From an uncultured Pelagibacteraceae bacterium (lineage in GTDB: Bacteria > Pseudomonadota > Alphaproteobacteria > Pelagibacterales > Pelagibacteraceae), in contig CACOQN010000007.1 of NCBI GenBank assembly GCA_902629285.1, positions 8,180 through 72,179 on the forward strand: 64,000 bases of DNA, written 5' to 3'. Positions 8,864-19,039 of this stretch are shown here, in pieces (the stretch's first letter is position 1; the number at the start of each line of letters is the position of its first letter). The position numbers and the translations under genes were made by a program. The notes beneath the pieces are model-generated. The model saw only the letters and a program-made list of their open reading frames with translations. It had not been told where the DNA came from and ran no database searches.

Positions 8864-9855
8864 TAAGCTTTTTCATCTATTAAATCCTCTTCTTTAATTT
8901 TAGACTCAAATTCTCTCAATCTTTTATATACACTAGCAAGCTCAATTATAGTTGGCCATGCTTTAAGTATGTATTGCATTGATCCCTCTACTCTTCCAAA
9001 TGCTCTAATAATTTGCTGCATTACACCAAGTGTTACTGCACCTGCAACTATAGCAGGAGCTAAAAAGACATATGCTGATAGTACATTTGCCTGCAAATAA
9101 GCTATTCTTCCTATATTAAAATATAAATATCTAATATAGCTTAAGAAATGAATACTTCTTACTCCATCAAATAACTCTTCAATAGTTTTTGGTCTTATAG
9201 TTCCATCATCTTCAGCAATTACAAGTATTTTTCTATAAGCCGCCTCTTTCTTTTGGAGATCATATTCAACTCCAACTAATCTCAAAATTAAACCAAGTAA
9301 AATTAAAAAAATTGTTCCTCCTACTGACCAAATTAATGCTCCAACAATTAATCCATAGTCCCAGTCACCAAAAAAGAAAATTGGTATACCTATGCTTAGC
9401 CCAAAAAGAATTGGCATAAATTCTACAAGTATCATTACAGCTTCGATTAAGCTTGTACCAAGAGACTCCATAATTCTAGAAAATTTGATAGTATCCTCTT
9501 GTACACGTTGAGCTGCTCCCTCTATTTTACGAGCTTTATCATATACACTGTGGTACCATTCAACCATAGCTGTTCTCCATCTAAATAAATAATGAGAGGT
9601 AAAGAAACTTACTATTACAGCGACACCAACATACATCGCTGCTAAGATAATAAATGATAATAAACTAGCCCAATATTCTTCGATAGTGATTGAATTTGGC
9701 GCCCCTAAGGCTTTTTGTATCATATCATAAAATTCACCAAACCATTCATTAATTTTAACATCTATCTTAACCTGGATCCAAAGAGACGATAAAATAATAG
9801 CCGAACCTATCCATGACCAAAGAAACCAATTTTGTTGTGTGAAAAATCTAAACAT
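8863..9855 (-). CDS. sbmA: SbmA/BacA peptide transporter
   Basis: FRWRTAM, IEGAAQRVQEDT, YDLQKKEAAYRK. Confidence 0.92.
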   Translation of the reverse strand: MFRFFTQQNWFLWSWIGSAIILSSLWIQVKIDVKINEWFGEFYDMIQKALGAPNSITIEEYWASLLSFIILAAMYVGVAVIVSFFTSHYLFRWRTAMVEWYHSVYDKARKIEGAAQRVQEDTIKFSRIMESLGTSLIEAVMILVEFMPILFGLSIGIPIFFFGDWDYGLIVGALIWSVGGTIFLILLGLILRLVGVEYDLQKKEAAYRKILVIAEDDGTIRPKTIEELFDGVRSIHFLSYIRYLYFNIGRIAYLQANVLSAYVFLAPAIVAGAVTLGVMQQIIRAFGRVEGSMQYILKAWPTIIELASVYKRLREFESKIKEEDLIDEKA

Positions 9856-9858
9856 CAG

Positions 9859-10143
9859 CTATTTTAAAAAATTATCTGCATAGGATTTCTTTACAGTTTT
9901 TCTTTTTCTAGGTTCAATTAATTCAAAATCAATTTTCTTTTTTTTTGCATAATTAATTGCCAATTCTTTTGAAGAAAATTCTAATTTTAACTCTGTATAG
10001 GTATCAGATGAACTCTCCCAACCCATCAAAGGGTTTTTCGTTGGATCTTTTGTTTTAAACTCTAAAATCCATTTATCATTTTTTGCTAATCCAGATTGCA
10101 TTGGATTTTTATTTGGAATGTAAATAATAGCTTTTTTCATCAT
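9859..10143 (-). CDS. Complex I accessory subunit, NDUFS4-like
   Basis: NPMQSG, NPLMGWESS, L.F...E.AI.YA. Confidence 0.9.
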   Translation of the reverse strand: MMKKAIIYIPNKNPMQSGLAKNDKWILEFKTKDPTKNPLMGWESSSDTYTELKLEFSSKELAINYAKKKKIDFELIEPRKRKTVKKSYADNFLK

Positions 10144-10146
10144 TGA

Positions 10147-10223
<77 letters not shown>

Positions 10224-10317
10224 ATCCGAGTACTAATACAGCAGTTATTGATAATTTCAATCTATAAAGAGGCCAAAATTAAAAGAAATTTCAATAAAAT
10301 CTGATATATAACAAATC

Positions 10318-10815
10318 ATGATAATTAGTTGCCCAAATTGTAACAAACAATTCAAAATTGATAATTCATTAATCCCACATGAAGGAAGAAAATTACAATG
10401 CGGTTCATGCGATAATGTTTGGTTTTATAAACTTGAAGAGAAAAATAATGAATCATTAATGTTAAATGAGGAGATAATTAGTAAAGATAATCAAATTAAA
10501 GCTGAAATAAAAAAAGAAAAAATAGATATAAAGAAACAATCACTAGAAAAAATTAATACTGAAATCAGTAACGAAAAAAAAGTAAAAATTTTAGAAAAAA
10601 AAAAATATCCAACTTCAATTAAAAATTCAAAAAATAAGGTAAGTAAATTTTTTTCTTATTTAATTGTATTTATTATATCTTTTGTGGCATTAATTATATT
10701 ACTTGATACACTAAAAACCCCATTAATTAATGTTTTTCCTGAGTTAGAAATAATTTTATTTAACCTATTTGAAACATTGCAAGATATAAAACTATTTATT
10801 ATAGACCTAACTTAA
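10318..10815 (+). CDS. MJ0042-type zinc-ribbon protein with C-terminal TM helix
   Basis: CPNC...CGSC...W at N-terminus; late hydrophobic segment. Confidence 0.8.
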   Translation: MIISCPNCNKQFKIDNSLIPHEGRKLQCGSCDNVWFYKLEEKNNESLMLNEEIISKDNQIKAEIKKEKIDIKKQSLEKINTEISNEKKVKILEKKKYPTSIKNSKNKVSKFFSYLIVFIISFVALIILLDTLKTPLINVFPELEIILFNLFETLQDIKLFIIDLT

Positions 10816-10821
10816 TTTTTT

Positions 10822-12003
10822 ATGATTAATTACTTATCAAAACCTTTTAGATGGTTTTTTAAATTAGAAGCCGCAAGTGGACTTGTGTTATTGTTTGCTG
10901 CAATAATAGCATTATTTATAAGTAATTCTGAGCTTGCGGATTTATATTTTGCTACTCTAAATAAATATTTATTCATAGGAATTAATAATTTTGGATTAAA
11001 ACTATCAGTATTGCATTGGATTAATGATGCTCTAATGGCAATTTTCTTTTTTTTTGTCACCCTAGAAATTAAAAGAGAATTTTTACAAGGGGAGCTTTCT
11101 AATATAAAGCAAGCACTATTGCCGATCATAGCTGCTGTAGGAGGAATGTTAGTTCCAGCATTATTTTATGTTTTTATAAATTTAGGTGATAGTGAAACTT
11201 TAAATGGATGGGCAATTCCCTCAGCAACAGATATTGCATTTTCACTGGGGGTGTTATCTTTGTTGGGTAAAAGAGTTCCTTTATCATTAAAAGTATTTTT
11301 AACGGCATTAGCTATAATCGATGATTTAGGAGCAATAGTAATTATTGCCCTATTCTATTCTGGAGATTTGAGTATCAAGTATTTAACATTAATGTTATTA
11401 GCTTTTATTATTTTACTATTAATTAATAAATTTAATATTAAAAAGTTTTTACCATATTTGGTTGTAGGACTTTTCCTTTGGGATTTTACGCATAACTCTG
11501 GCATCCACGCTACCATTGCTGGTGTTTTACTTGCTATGACAATACCTCATAGAAAAAAAGAAAAAGATTTTTCTTTATTGATAAAAGTTGAACATGCAAT
11601 CAGTCCATATGTTGCTTTTGGAATAATGCCTCTTTTTGCATTTGCAAACGCAGGAGTATCTTTGGAAGGTTTATCTTTAGCTTCATTATTAGATAAAGTT
11701 CCACTAGGTATCGTGCTTGGACTATTTTTAGGAAAACAACTTGGTGTTTTTATATTTTCATATGTATCCATAAAGGTGAAAGTAGCTCAAATGCCCAATG
11801 ATACAAGTTGGTATAATTTTTATGGTGTTGGAGTTCTTACAGGTATTGGTTTCACAATGAGTTTATTTGTTGGAAATTTAGCTTTTGCTGAAAACATGCA
11901 ATATATGGATGGCGTAAAAATAGGTGTGCTAACTGGGTCATTATTGTCAACTTTATTTGGTTATTTTTTGATATTGCTAACACCAAACAAACCTAGCAAA
12001 TGA
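10822..12003 (+). CDS. nhaA: Na+/H+ antiporter NhaA
   Basis: WINDALMAIFFF, ATDIAF, AIIDD, GIGFTMSLF. Confidence 0.97.
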   Translation: MINYLSKPFRWFFKLEAASGLVLLFAAIIALFISNSELADLYFATLNKYLFIGINNFGLKLSVLHWINDALMAIFFFFVTLEIKREFLQGELSNIKQALLPIIAAVGGMLVPALFYVFINLGDSETLNGWAIPSATDIAFSLGVLSLLGKRVPLSLKVFLTALAIIDDLGAIVIIALFYSGDLSIKYLTLMLLAFIILLLINKFNIKKFLPYLVVGLFLWDFTHNSGIHATIAGVLLAMTIPHRKKEKDFSLLIKVEHAISPYVAFGIMPLFAFANAGVSLEGLSLASLLDKVPLGIVLGLFLGKQLGVFIFSYVSIKVKVAQMPNDTSWYNFYGVGVLTGIGFTMSLFVGNLAFAENMQYMDGVKIGVLTGSLLSTLFGYFLILLTPNKPSK

Positions 12004-12542
12004 AAAAAGGAATATTATTATTATCTTTAATTATGTTTTTTTTTAAAACATCAACATCTGCAAACTATGAAAAAAAATTTTATGATTTCAGTATAGAAAG
12101 TATAACTGGAGAGACAATAAATTTTAAAGATTACAAAAATAAAATTATTTTAGTTGTTAATACAGCTAGTTATTGTGGTTTCACAAAACAATATGATGAA
12201 TTACAAGAATTATGGGATTTATATAAAGAAAAAGGGTTAATTGTTCTTGGTGTCCCATCTAATTCATTTAATCAAGAAAAAAACAATAATGCAGATGTAA
12301 AAGAATTCTGTGAAGTAAATTTTAATATTAACTTTCCACTAACAACTATAACAGAAGTTAAAGGTAAAAATGCTCATGAAGTTTTTAAATGGGCAAAAGA
12401 AAATCATGGCAAATCAGCTGTTCCAAAGTGGAATTTTCATAAAATTTTAATTAATAAGGAAGGTAAGATAGAAGACACCTTTGCATCAATGACAAAACCA
12501 ACTTCAAAAAAGTTGATTAAAACTATAGAAGATATTTTATAA
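12000..12542 (+). CDS. Glutathione peroxidase family protein (Cys type) with signal peptide
   Basis: NTASYCGFT, FNQE, KWNFHK. Confidence 0.93.
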   Translation: MKKGILLLSLIMFFFKTSTSANYEKKFYDFSIESITGETINFKDYKNKIILVVNTASYCGFTKQYDELQELWDLYKEKGLIVLGVPSNSFNQEKNNNADVKEFCEVNFNINFPLTTITEVKGKNAHEVFKWAKENHGKSAVPKWNFHKILINKEGKIEDTFASMTKPTSKKLIKTIEDIL

Positions 12543-13316
12543 ATTTATAGTTAATCCATCATGTGCTGGAATAACATTTTTAGGCAACATATTTTTAAGT
12601 ACTTTATAATCTAATACTGGTGATAAATTTGTAAGGATTGCTTTTTTTGGTTTAAATTTTTTGATCAAAGCTAAAGACGTTTCTAAATTAAAATGTGATG
12701 GGTGAAAATTATACCAAAGACAATCAATGATTAACCACTGTAAATTTTTAAAAAGTTTATAATCTTTATTGTAAATTTTACTGACATCGCTTATGTAAGC
12801 AAGTTTTTTATCTATTATGAAGCAATTTGATTTTACTTTTCCATGATCAACTTTAATTGATTGAATATAAATTTTTTTATTATTATTTTTAGTAATTATA
12901 AATTTTGGTAACTTATACAACTTAAGGGTTGCGGGATATTCTTTTGAATAGCTTTTAAATATGTAAGAAAATGTAGAATAAAGATATTTAGAAGTATATT
13001 TATCAGCATAAACATCTAGTTGTTTTCTGCTATTTATATAAAAAGATCTCAAATCATTAATTCCATGAGTTTGATCGCCATGCATATGAGAATATAATAC
13101 TTTATTAATTTTTTTAATTTTATGTCTTAAAAGTTGTTGTCGTAGATCAGGAGATGTATCTATAAGAATATTTTCTTCAGTAGTTTTTATTAAAGCTGAA
13201 CATCTTGTTCTGTAGTTTTTTTTATTATTAGGATCACAATTTCCAAAAAAGCCATCTGGTCTTGGTACACCCATTGAACTTCCACATCCTAAAATAATAA
13301 ATTTCATTAATGTCAA
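12537..13316 (-). CDS. MBL-fold metallohydrolase (PhnP-like)
   Basis: LGCGSSMGVP, DTSPDLRQQ, HMHGDQTHG. Confidence 0.88.
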   Translation of the reverse strand: MTLMKFIILGCGSSMGVPRPDGFFGNCDPNNKKNYRTRCSALIKTTEENILIDTSPDLRQQLLRHKIKKINKVLYSHMHGDQTHGINDLRSFYINSRKQLDVYADKYTSKYLYSTFSYIFKSYSKEYPATLKLYKLPKFIITKNNNKKIYIQSIKVDHGKVKSNCFIIDKKLAYISDVSKIYNKDYKLFKNLQWLIIDCLWYNFHPSHFNLETSLALIKKFKPKKAILTNLSPVLDYKVLKNMLPKNVIPAHDGLTINL

Positions 13317-14074
13317 TTAAAAAAAAGTTTATTAAAGTTTTCTGTAGTTTTTTTAACAAGATCTTCTTTAGATAAATTTTTAATCTCAGCTAATTTTGCA
13401 GCAGTAAAATCAATGAATGATGGTTCATTTTTTTTTCCTCTTTTGGGGACTGGCGCTAAAAAAGGGCTATCTGTCTCAATTAGAATATTATCAATTGGAA
13501 TAGATTTGAAAGTATCTTGCAAATCTATAGAATTTTTAAAAGTAATGATACCGCTTGCTGAAAAGAATGAATTTAAATTCATTAATTTTTCTGAAAATTT
13601 TTTTGATCCAGTAAAACAATGCATCAAAATTTTAAGGTTTTCATTTTTATATTCATTTAAAATCTCAAAAGTCTCTTTTTCAGCCTCTCTTGAATGGACA
13701 ATTAATGGAATATTAGTTTTTATAGATGCATCTATATGTTCTCTAAAACTTGCTATCTGCTTGTCTTTTTCGCTATTATTGTAATAAAAATCTAACCCAG
13801 TTTCTCCAATACCAATAATTTTAGGATTTTCATTCAGACTTTCAATAATCTTTTTTGAAGTAATAATATTTTTGGAACTTTCATGAGGATGAATACCAAT
13901 AGTACCATAGATCATTTGATCTTTATTGATTAATTCTTTCACTTTAGAAAAACTTTCAAACGAGGTTGAGATAGTTAATAATTTTTCTATACCTACTTCT
14001 TTTGATCTTTGTATTACGTTAGACAAGTCACTTAATAATGATTCGTGATCTAGGTGGCAGTGTGAATCAATCAT
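13313..14074 (-). CDS. tatD: TatD family nuclease
   Basis: DSHCH, GIHP, GETGLD, ETDSP. Confidence 0.95.
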   Translation of the reverse strand: MIDSHCHLDHESLLSDLSNVIQRSKEVGIEKLLTISTSFESFSKVKELINKDQMIYGTIGIHPHESSKNIITSKKIIESLNENPKIIGIGETGLDFYYNNSEKDKQIASFREHIDASIKTNIPLIVHSREAEKETFEILNEYKNENLKILMHCFTGSKKFSEKLMNLNSFFSASGIITFKNSIDLQDTFKSIPIDNILIETDSPFLAPVPKRGKKNEPSFIDFTAAKLAEIKNLSKEDLVKKTTENFNKLFFN

Positions 14075-15608
14075 TGTTTTTTTCTATTTTTTTAAAAAGT
14101 ATGTCTATTTTATGTATATCATTGCCTTTTTTTAAATAAACATTATTAGATACTGTATCTAACTTTATATCTTTTTCTTTAATATTAAAAATCCTTAAAG
14201 CCTTTAGAGAAGATTCAGGAATAATTGGATATAATAAAAAACTTATTTTTCTGACAATTTCTAATGTAGTATAAACAATAGTATTTAATCTAATTATATC
14301 GTCTTTCTTTTTCCATGGTTCTTGATCATTAAAATATTTGTTAGCCTCAAAAAGTGAATTAACAATATAATCTATATAAAAGTTAATATTTTGATTATCA
14401 ATTTGAGACCTAATATTATCTAGATTATCTTTATACTTATTTAGTATTAATAAATCCTCATGATTAAATTTAACTTCTAATGGAATTTTTCCATCACAAT
14501 TTTTTATTGCAAAAGCAGTTACACGCTGACACAAATTTCCATAATTGTTAGCTAAATCACTGTTAATACAATCTTCTAGTCTTTCTTGAGATATATTTCC
14601 ATCATTACCAAAAGAAACTTCTTTAATTAAATAGTATCTTAAAGGATCTAAACCATACTCTTTAATTATTTCAAGTGGATCAAGAATATTTCCTTTAGAT
14701 TTAGACATTTTTTCTTCCCCTGATAATATCCATCCATGTCCATAAACTCTTTTTGGTAAATCAATTTTTGCTGCTAATAAAAAAGCAGGCCAATAAACAG
14801 CATGGAATCTAAGTATATCTTTTCCAATTAAATGCATTGAGGCTGGCCAAAATTTTTTAAACAAATCATCCTCTTTATTTGGATAATTTAATGCACTTAA
14901 ATAATTTGTTAAAGCATCGAGCCAAACATATATCACATGGTTTTTATTATTTGGAACAGGTATGCCCCATGAAAAACTTTTTCTACTTACAGAAAGGTCT
15001 TTTAGACCACTCTTTACGAAGCTAATAACCTCATTTTTTCTAGATTGAGGAGAAATGAAATCTGGATTAGTTTCATAATGATCTAATAACGGTTTTTCCC
15101 ATTTTGAAAGTCTAAAAAAGTACGACTCCTCTTCAATCCATTCAACAGGAGATTTAGAGGATATAGAAATTTTTTTTCCATCTACTTTCTCAATTTCGTC
15201 TTCATTATAAAAGGCTTCATCTGAGACTGAATACCATCCTGAATAATTTGATAAGTATATATCATCGTTTTTCTCAAGTTCTTTCCAAAGATGTTGAACT
15301 GTTTTTTTATGTCTAGCTTCTGTAGTCCTTATAAAATCAGTATTTGATAAATTCAAAGTATCAGAAAGATCTCTAAATGTTTGGCTAATTTGATCACAAA
15401 ATATTTGGGGCTCCTTACCTGCTTTTTCTGCAGATCTTTGAATTTTTAAACCATGTTCGTCTGTACCTGTAAGAAAATGAACTTGATAATTATCAATTAT
15501 TTTAAATCTTGCAAAAAAATCTGCGATAATACTTGAATATGCATGACCCATATGAGGTTTAGCTGAGGGGTAGTATATAGGTGTGGTGATATAAAAAGTT
15601 TTATCCAT
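14067..15608 (-). CDS. metG: Methionine--tRNA ligase
   Basis: HMGH (HIGH), KMSKS, YVWLDAL. Confidence 0.97.
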   Translation of the reverse strand: MDKTFYITTPIYYPSAKPHMGHAYSSIIADFFARFKIIDNYQVHFLTGTDEHGLKIQRSAEKAGKEPQIFCDQISQTFRDLSDTLNLSNTDFIRTTEARHKKTVQHLWKELEKNDDIYLSNYSGWYSVSDEAFYNEDEIEKVDGKKISISSKSPVEWIEEESYFFRLSKWEKPLLDHYETNPDFISPQSRKNEVISFVKSGLKDLSVSRKSFSWGIPVPNNKNHVIYVWLDALTNYLSALNYPNKEDDLFKKFWPASMHLIGKDILRFHAVYWPAFLLAAKIDLPKRVYGHGWILSGEEKMSKSKGNILDPLEIIKEYGLDPLRYYLIKEVSFGNDGNISQERLEDCINSDLANNYGNLCQRVTAFAIKNCDGKIPLEVKFNHEDLLILNKYKDNLDNIRSQIDNQNINFYIDYIVNSLFEANKYFNDQEPWKKKDDIIRLNTIVYTTLEIVRKISFLLYPIIPESSLKALRIFNIKEKDIKLDTVSNNVYLKKGNDIHKIDILFKKIEKNND

Positions 15609-16530
15609 TTAGTATTTTATCCTTAAATTCCATAAATAACGTTTCCTCATCTAAATTATAAATTTTTGTATTATTAATTTTCTCTAAGAAATAATGGTAT
15701 GACTTTAGTAAACTAATATTTTTACTAGATATATTATTTCTAAAATAAAGTTCAATAAAAGAATAAATGATTTCAATTATTGATTTATCTTTTTTATAAA
15801 TTTTATCTTTTATCAGAGTTGTTAGAGTTGTATTTAAATCAAAATTGGCAAGATCTAAGTTATATTCATGAGATAACTTAATTAATTTACATAACTTTCC
15901 AGGAGTAGAATAATAATCAAATAACTTATCATTAATGATAATATTTATGTCATCGTTTAGCAATTGATTAACAATTCTAATTGACTGATCTTTTGATAAA
16001 AAAACTTTGAAATTCAAACATCTTGATTTAAGAGTTGGCAGCACTCTTTTATTATTATTAATTAAAATAAAAATTATGTTTTCATTAGGTTCTTCCAAAA
16101 TTTTTAGCAAAGCGTTAATAGAGTTTAAGTTTAATAATTCAATATTATCAATTAAAACAAATCTTTTTTTCTTGTTAAATGAAGATTTATTTAGGTTTAT
16201 TATCAATTCTCTAATTTGATTTATATCAATATTTTTCTTGTCTTCCAGGACATCTATTAGGTGAAAGTTTGGGTTAGATTTATTTTGTATTAGCTTATAT
16301 GATTTATTATCAGAGTTAATTATATTATTTTCATAGTCATAAGGGTGTTCTTTATTTTCTGACAATACTAAATTAATTAAATGATATGCTAATGTTGATT
16401 TTCCAATACCTTTTTCACCAGATAAAAGAATTTTATTTGGCAAATTATCGTTTTTATATAGTTTATATAGTTGATTAAAAATTTCTTTGTGCTCAAATAA
16501 ATTTATTTGAGTTGAGGGATTTAAATTCAT
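15601..16530 (-). CDS. holB: DNA polymerase III delta' subunit
   Basis: GEKGIGKST, NALLKILEEP, TLKSRC; follows tmk. Confidence 0.9.
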   Translation of the reverse strand: MNLNPSTQINLFEHKEIFNQLYKLYKNDNLPNKILLSGEKGIGKSTLAYHLINLVLSENKEHPYDYENNIINSDNKSYKLIQNKSNPNFHLIDVLEDKKNIDINQIRELIINLNKSSFNKKKRFVLIDNIELLNLNSINALLKILEEPNENIIFILINNNKRVLPTLKSRCLNFKVFLSKDQSIRIVNQLLNDDINIIINDKLFDYYSTPGKLCKLIKLSHEYNLDLANFDLNTTLTTLIKDKIYKKDKSIIEIIYSFIELYFRNNISSKNISLLKSYHYFLEKINNTKIYNLDEETLFMEFKDKILNG

Positions 16531-17144
16531 TTAATTAATTTTTTGAGTTGATTTAAAATTAAATCTTCATTTTTTTTAATATCTAAATTGGAGTCGATTA
16601 TCTTATAAGATTTTTTACTTGATTTAGCCAATTTTAAAAAACCATTTTGAACTTGGTTATAAAAATTTGCATTGAATTTATCATATCTGTTTAAAGATTT
16701 TCTTTTTTTTAATCTTAAGAAAAGATTTTTTTTACTTACAACATGAAGAAAAGTAAAAGTTATTTTAATATTTTTTAATAAAAATTGATTAATGATATTT
16801 ATAATTTTTAAATTAATACCCATCCCATAATGTTGATACGCGATTGTAGAGTCCGTAAATCTATCAATTAATATGACTTTTTTCCCATAAAATTTTGTAA
16901 TAGCATTAACATTTTCACTTCTTGCAGCTAAATATAAGAGCAAATCGGTTTTTTTATTAAAATTTGATTTTTTATTTAAAATAAGATTTCTTATTTTTTC
17001 TGAATTAAGACTACCACCTGGTTCCCTTATCTTAATGTATCCTATTTTTTTTTTTTCTAAAAATTTAGATACTTTGCTTATATGATAACTTTTTCCACTA
17101 CCCTCTATACCCTCAAAAACAATGATGGGTTTTTTATACATCAC
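16527..17144 (-). CDS. tmk: Thymidylate kinase
   Basis: FEGIEGSGKS, REPGG, DRFTDSTIAYQ. Confidence 0.96.
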   Translation of the reverse strand: MMYKKPIIVFEGIEGSGKSYHISKVSKFLEKKKIGYIKIREPGGSLNSEKIRNLILNKKSNFNKKTDLLLYLAARSENVNAITKFYGKKVILIDRFTDSTIAYQHYGMGINLKIINIINQFLLKNIKITFTFLHVVSKKNLFLRLKKRKSLNRYDKFNANFYNQVQNGFLKLAKSSKKSYKIIDSNLDIKKNEDLILNQLKKLIK

Positions 17145-18285
17145 CCCAAATTAAATAATTAATTGATTTTATCAACCTTGTAAAAAAATTAACTTTTTTA
17201 ATTTCTTTGGATGAATGTAAATCATATTCTCCAACCAATTCCTGATCATACACAACTCTAAGTGTTGCAATTTTTTGGTCTTTTTTAATTGGTGCTTCAA
17301 TTGGACCATCATACTTAACAATAACCTTTAAGAGTCTTTTTTTTGCTTTTTTTATTGTTTTATAAATATCTTCATTTGTATATGCATCAACACTATTTTC
17401 TTTTCCTAACCATACATCTATTTTATGAAGAGATTTTTTTGCTTTTGCTATCTCTACAAGATCATAATTAGTGAGACCATATGTCAGTAATTTTGTGCTT
17501 TCACGAGATCTAGAATTTTTTGTAGTAAAACCGCTTCCAACTGCAATCAATCTTCTTCCATTTCTGCTAATTGAAGAGGCTAATGAATATTTTTCAACAG
17601 CAAGATAACCAGTTTTTATTCCATCAGCTCCAAGATTTTTATACAGTAAAGGATTTCTATTTCCTTGAGTAATTGGATCGCCGCCTGTTCTGCTCCAAGT
17701 AAATTCTTTTTCAGCAAACATTTTATAAAACTCAGGATGTTCCTTAATTAAATATCTGGACATTTTTAAAATATCACTGACAGTTGAATAATTATCAGGA
17801 TCATTAATACCTGAAGAATTTGAAAAATTTGTATCATCCATACCTAATTCTCTTGCTTTTCCTGTCATTAAAATTGCAAATTCTTCCTCAGTGCCTGCTA
17901 TACCTTCGGCCAAAGCAACACAAGCATCGTTTCCTGAAGCAACAATAATGCCTCTTAATAAATTTTCAACTGACACCTCATCACCTACCATTATAAACAT
18001 TGATGAATAACCAGAAGTAGATAATCTCCATGCCTTTTCAGAGATTATGAATTTCTCGTCTAATTTTAAATCACCAGACTTTATTAAATCAAAGGCAATA
18101 ATTGCAGTCATAATTTTTGTCATTGATGCAGGATAAATAGAAGTATCGGAATCTTTTTCGTAGAGAATTTCTCCAGAATAATAATCCTGCAATATCGCAG
18201 TTCTGGCTTTAACATCAAAGTTAGCTTTTGATATATTTACGAATGAAAAACTTAAAAAAATTATAACTAATAGTATTTTAAACAT
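17134..18285 (-). CDS. dacA: D-Ala-D-Ala carboxypeptidase (PBP5/6)
   Basis: SMTK (SxxK), SGN (SxN), KTG. Confidence 0.95.
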   Translation of the reverse strand: MFKILLVIIFLSFSFVNISKANFDVKARTAILQDYYSGEILYEKDSDTSIYPASMTKIMTAIIAFDLIKSGDLKLDEKFIISEKAWRLSTSGYSSMFIMVGDEVSVENLLRGIIVASGNDACVALAEGIAGTEEEFAILMTGKARELGMDDTNFSNSSGINDPDNYSTVSDILKMSRYLIKEHPEFYKMFAEKEFTWSRTGGDPITQGNRNPLLYKNLGADGIKTGYLAVEKYSLASSISRNGRRLIAVGSGFTTKNSRSRESTKLLTYGLTNYDLVEIAKAKKSLHKIDVWLGKENSVDAYTNEDIYKTIKKAKKRLLKVIVKYDGPIEAPIKKDQKIATLRVVYDQELVGEYDLHSSKEIKKVNFFTRLIKSINYLIWGDV

Positions 18286-19039
18286 CTTTTAATATTTCTA
18301 TATTTTCAAAATTTAGTACTTTAATTTCATCAAACGATTTTTCCAGTTTTTTTATATCATTAAATGGACCTAATAATACCCTATATTTAGTTTTCGAAAG
18401 TTTCCTTATTACTGAACTTTTTATATTTGTTTCATTCTTGATTCTATCGATCATATTTTCAGCTGAATCTCTGTAATAAAAATCTGCGATCTTAATTGAA
18501 TATAAGAATTTATGTTTTTCTATTTTTGTTTTCTTTTTTTTTTCTGTTCCCAAATTATCTATAGTGATTCCATCCACTGGAGCTTTTTCAGCTACTTTTT
18601 TCTCTTCATCAAATGTTTTAGCTTTTTTAGCAACAAATGTTGAGTTCTTGGATATCAAAACAAGATCAATGTATGGTTCATTTGGCTCAAGAGAAATTTC
18701 TTCAGCTATTCTTCTCGTAATTACAGAGTTGTAAAAATCAGAGAATTCAACATTATTAGAAATCACTTCTGCTATAATTGATTTATTGTTGAGAGGATTC
18801 GTTATTTTTACAAATGAATTTTTTTTTATTTTTTTATGAAATATTAAAAGAGATCTGTTATCAATTTTTTTTGATATTTTTTTCGTTTTTTTTAATTTAT
18901 CTTCATAAATGAGAGCAAAACCAGTATTGCTATATTTTTGATCACTAATATAAACTAATGATTTATTATTTTTATCAAATTGATTACAAGCAGATAAGAA
19001 AAGTATATAAAATATTAAAATAATTTTTTTAAAGTTCAT
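18278..19039 (-). CDS. RlpA-like lipoprotein with C-terminal SPOR domain, degenerate catalytic domain
   Basis: LSAC lipobox; VKITNP..N.SI; YRVLLGPF; mltB-rlpA-dacA order. Confidence 0.75.
   Translation of the reverse strand: MNFKKIILIFYILFLSACNQFDKNNKSLVYISDQKYSNTGFALIYEDKLKKTKKISKKIDNRSLLIFHKKIKKNSFVKITNPLNNKSIIAEVISNNVEFSDFYNSVITRRIAEEISLEPNEPYIDLVLISKNSTFVAKKAKTFDEEKKVAEKAPVDGITIDNLGTEKKKKTKIEKHKFLYSIKIADFYYRDSAENMIDRIKNETNIKSSVIRKLSKTKYRVLLGPFNDIKKLEKSFDEIKVLNFENIEILKDV

Noticed and set aside
12000-12542. Possible selenocysteine glutathione peroxidase
   Set aside because: The active-site codon is TGT (Cys) with no in-frame TGA
12537-13316. HxHxDQ in place of HxHxDH in the MBL hydrolase
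   Set aside because: I recall this variant in alphaproteobacterial orthologs; not distinctive
14067-16530. MetG and HolB lacking zinc-binding Cys clusters
   Set aside because: Zinc-free forms are usual in alphaproteobacteria, unlike the TGT case
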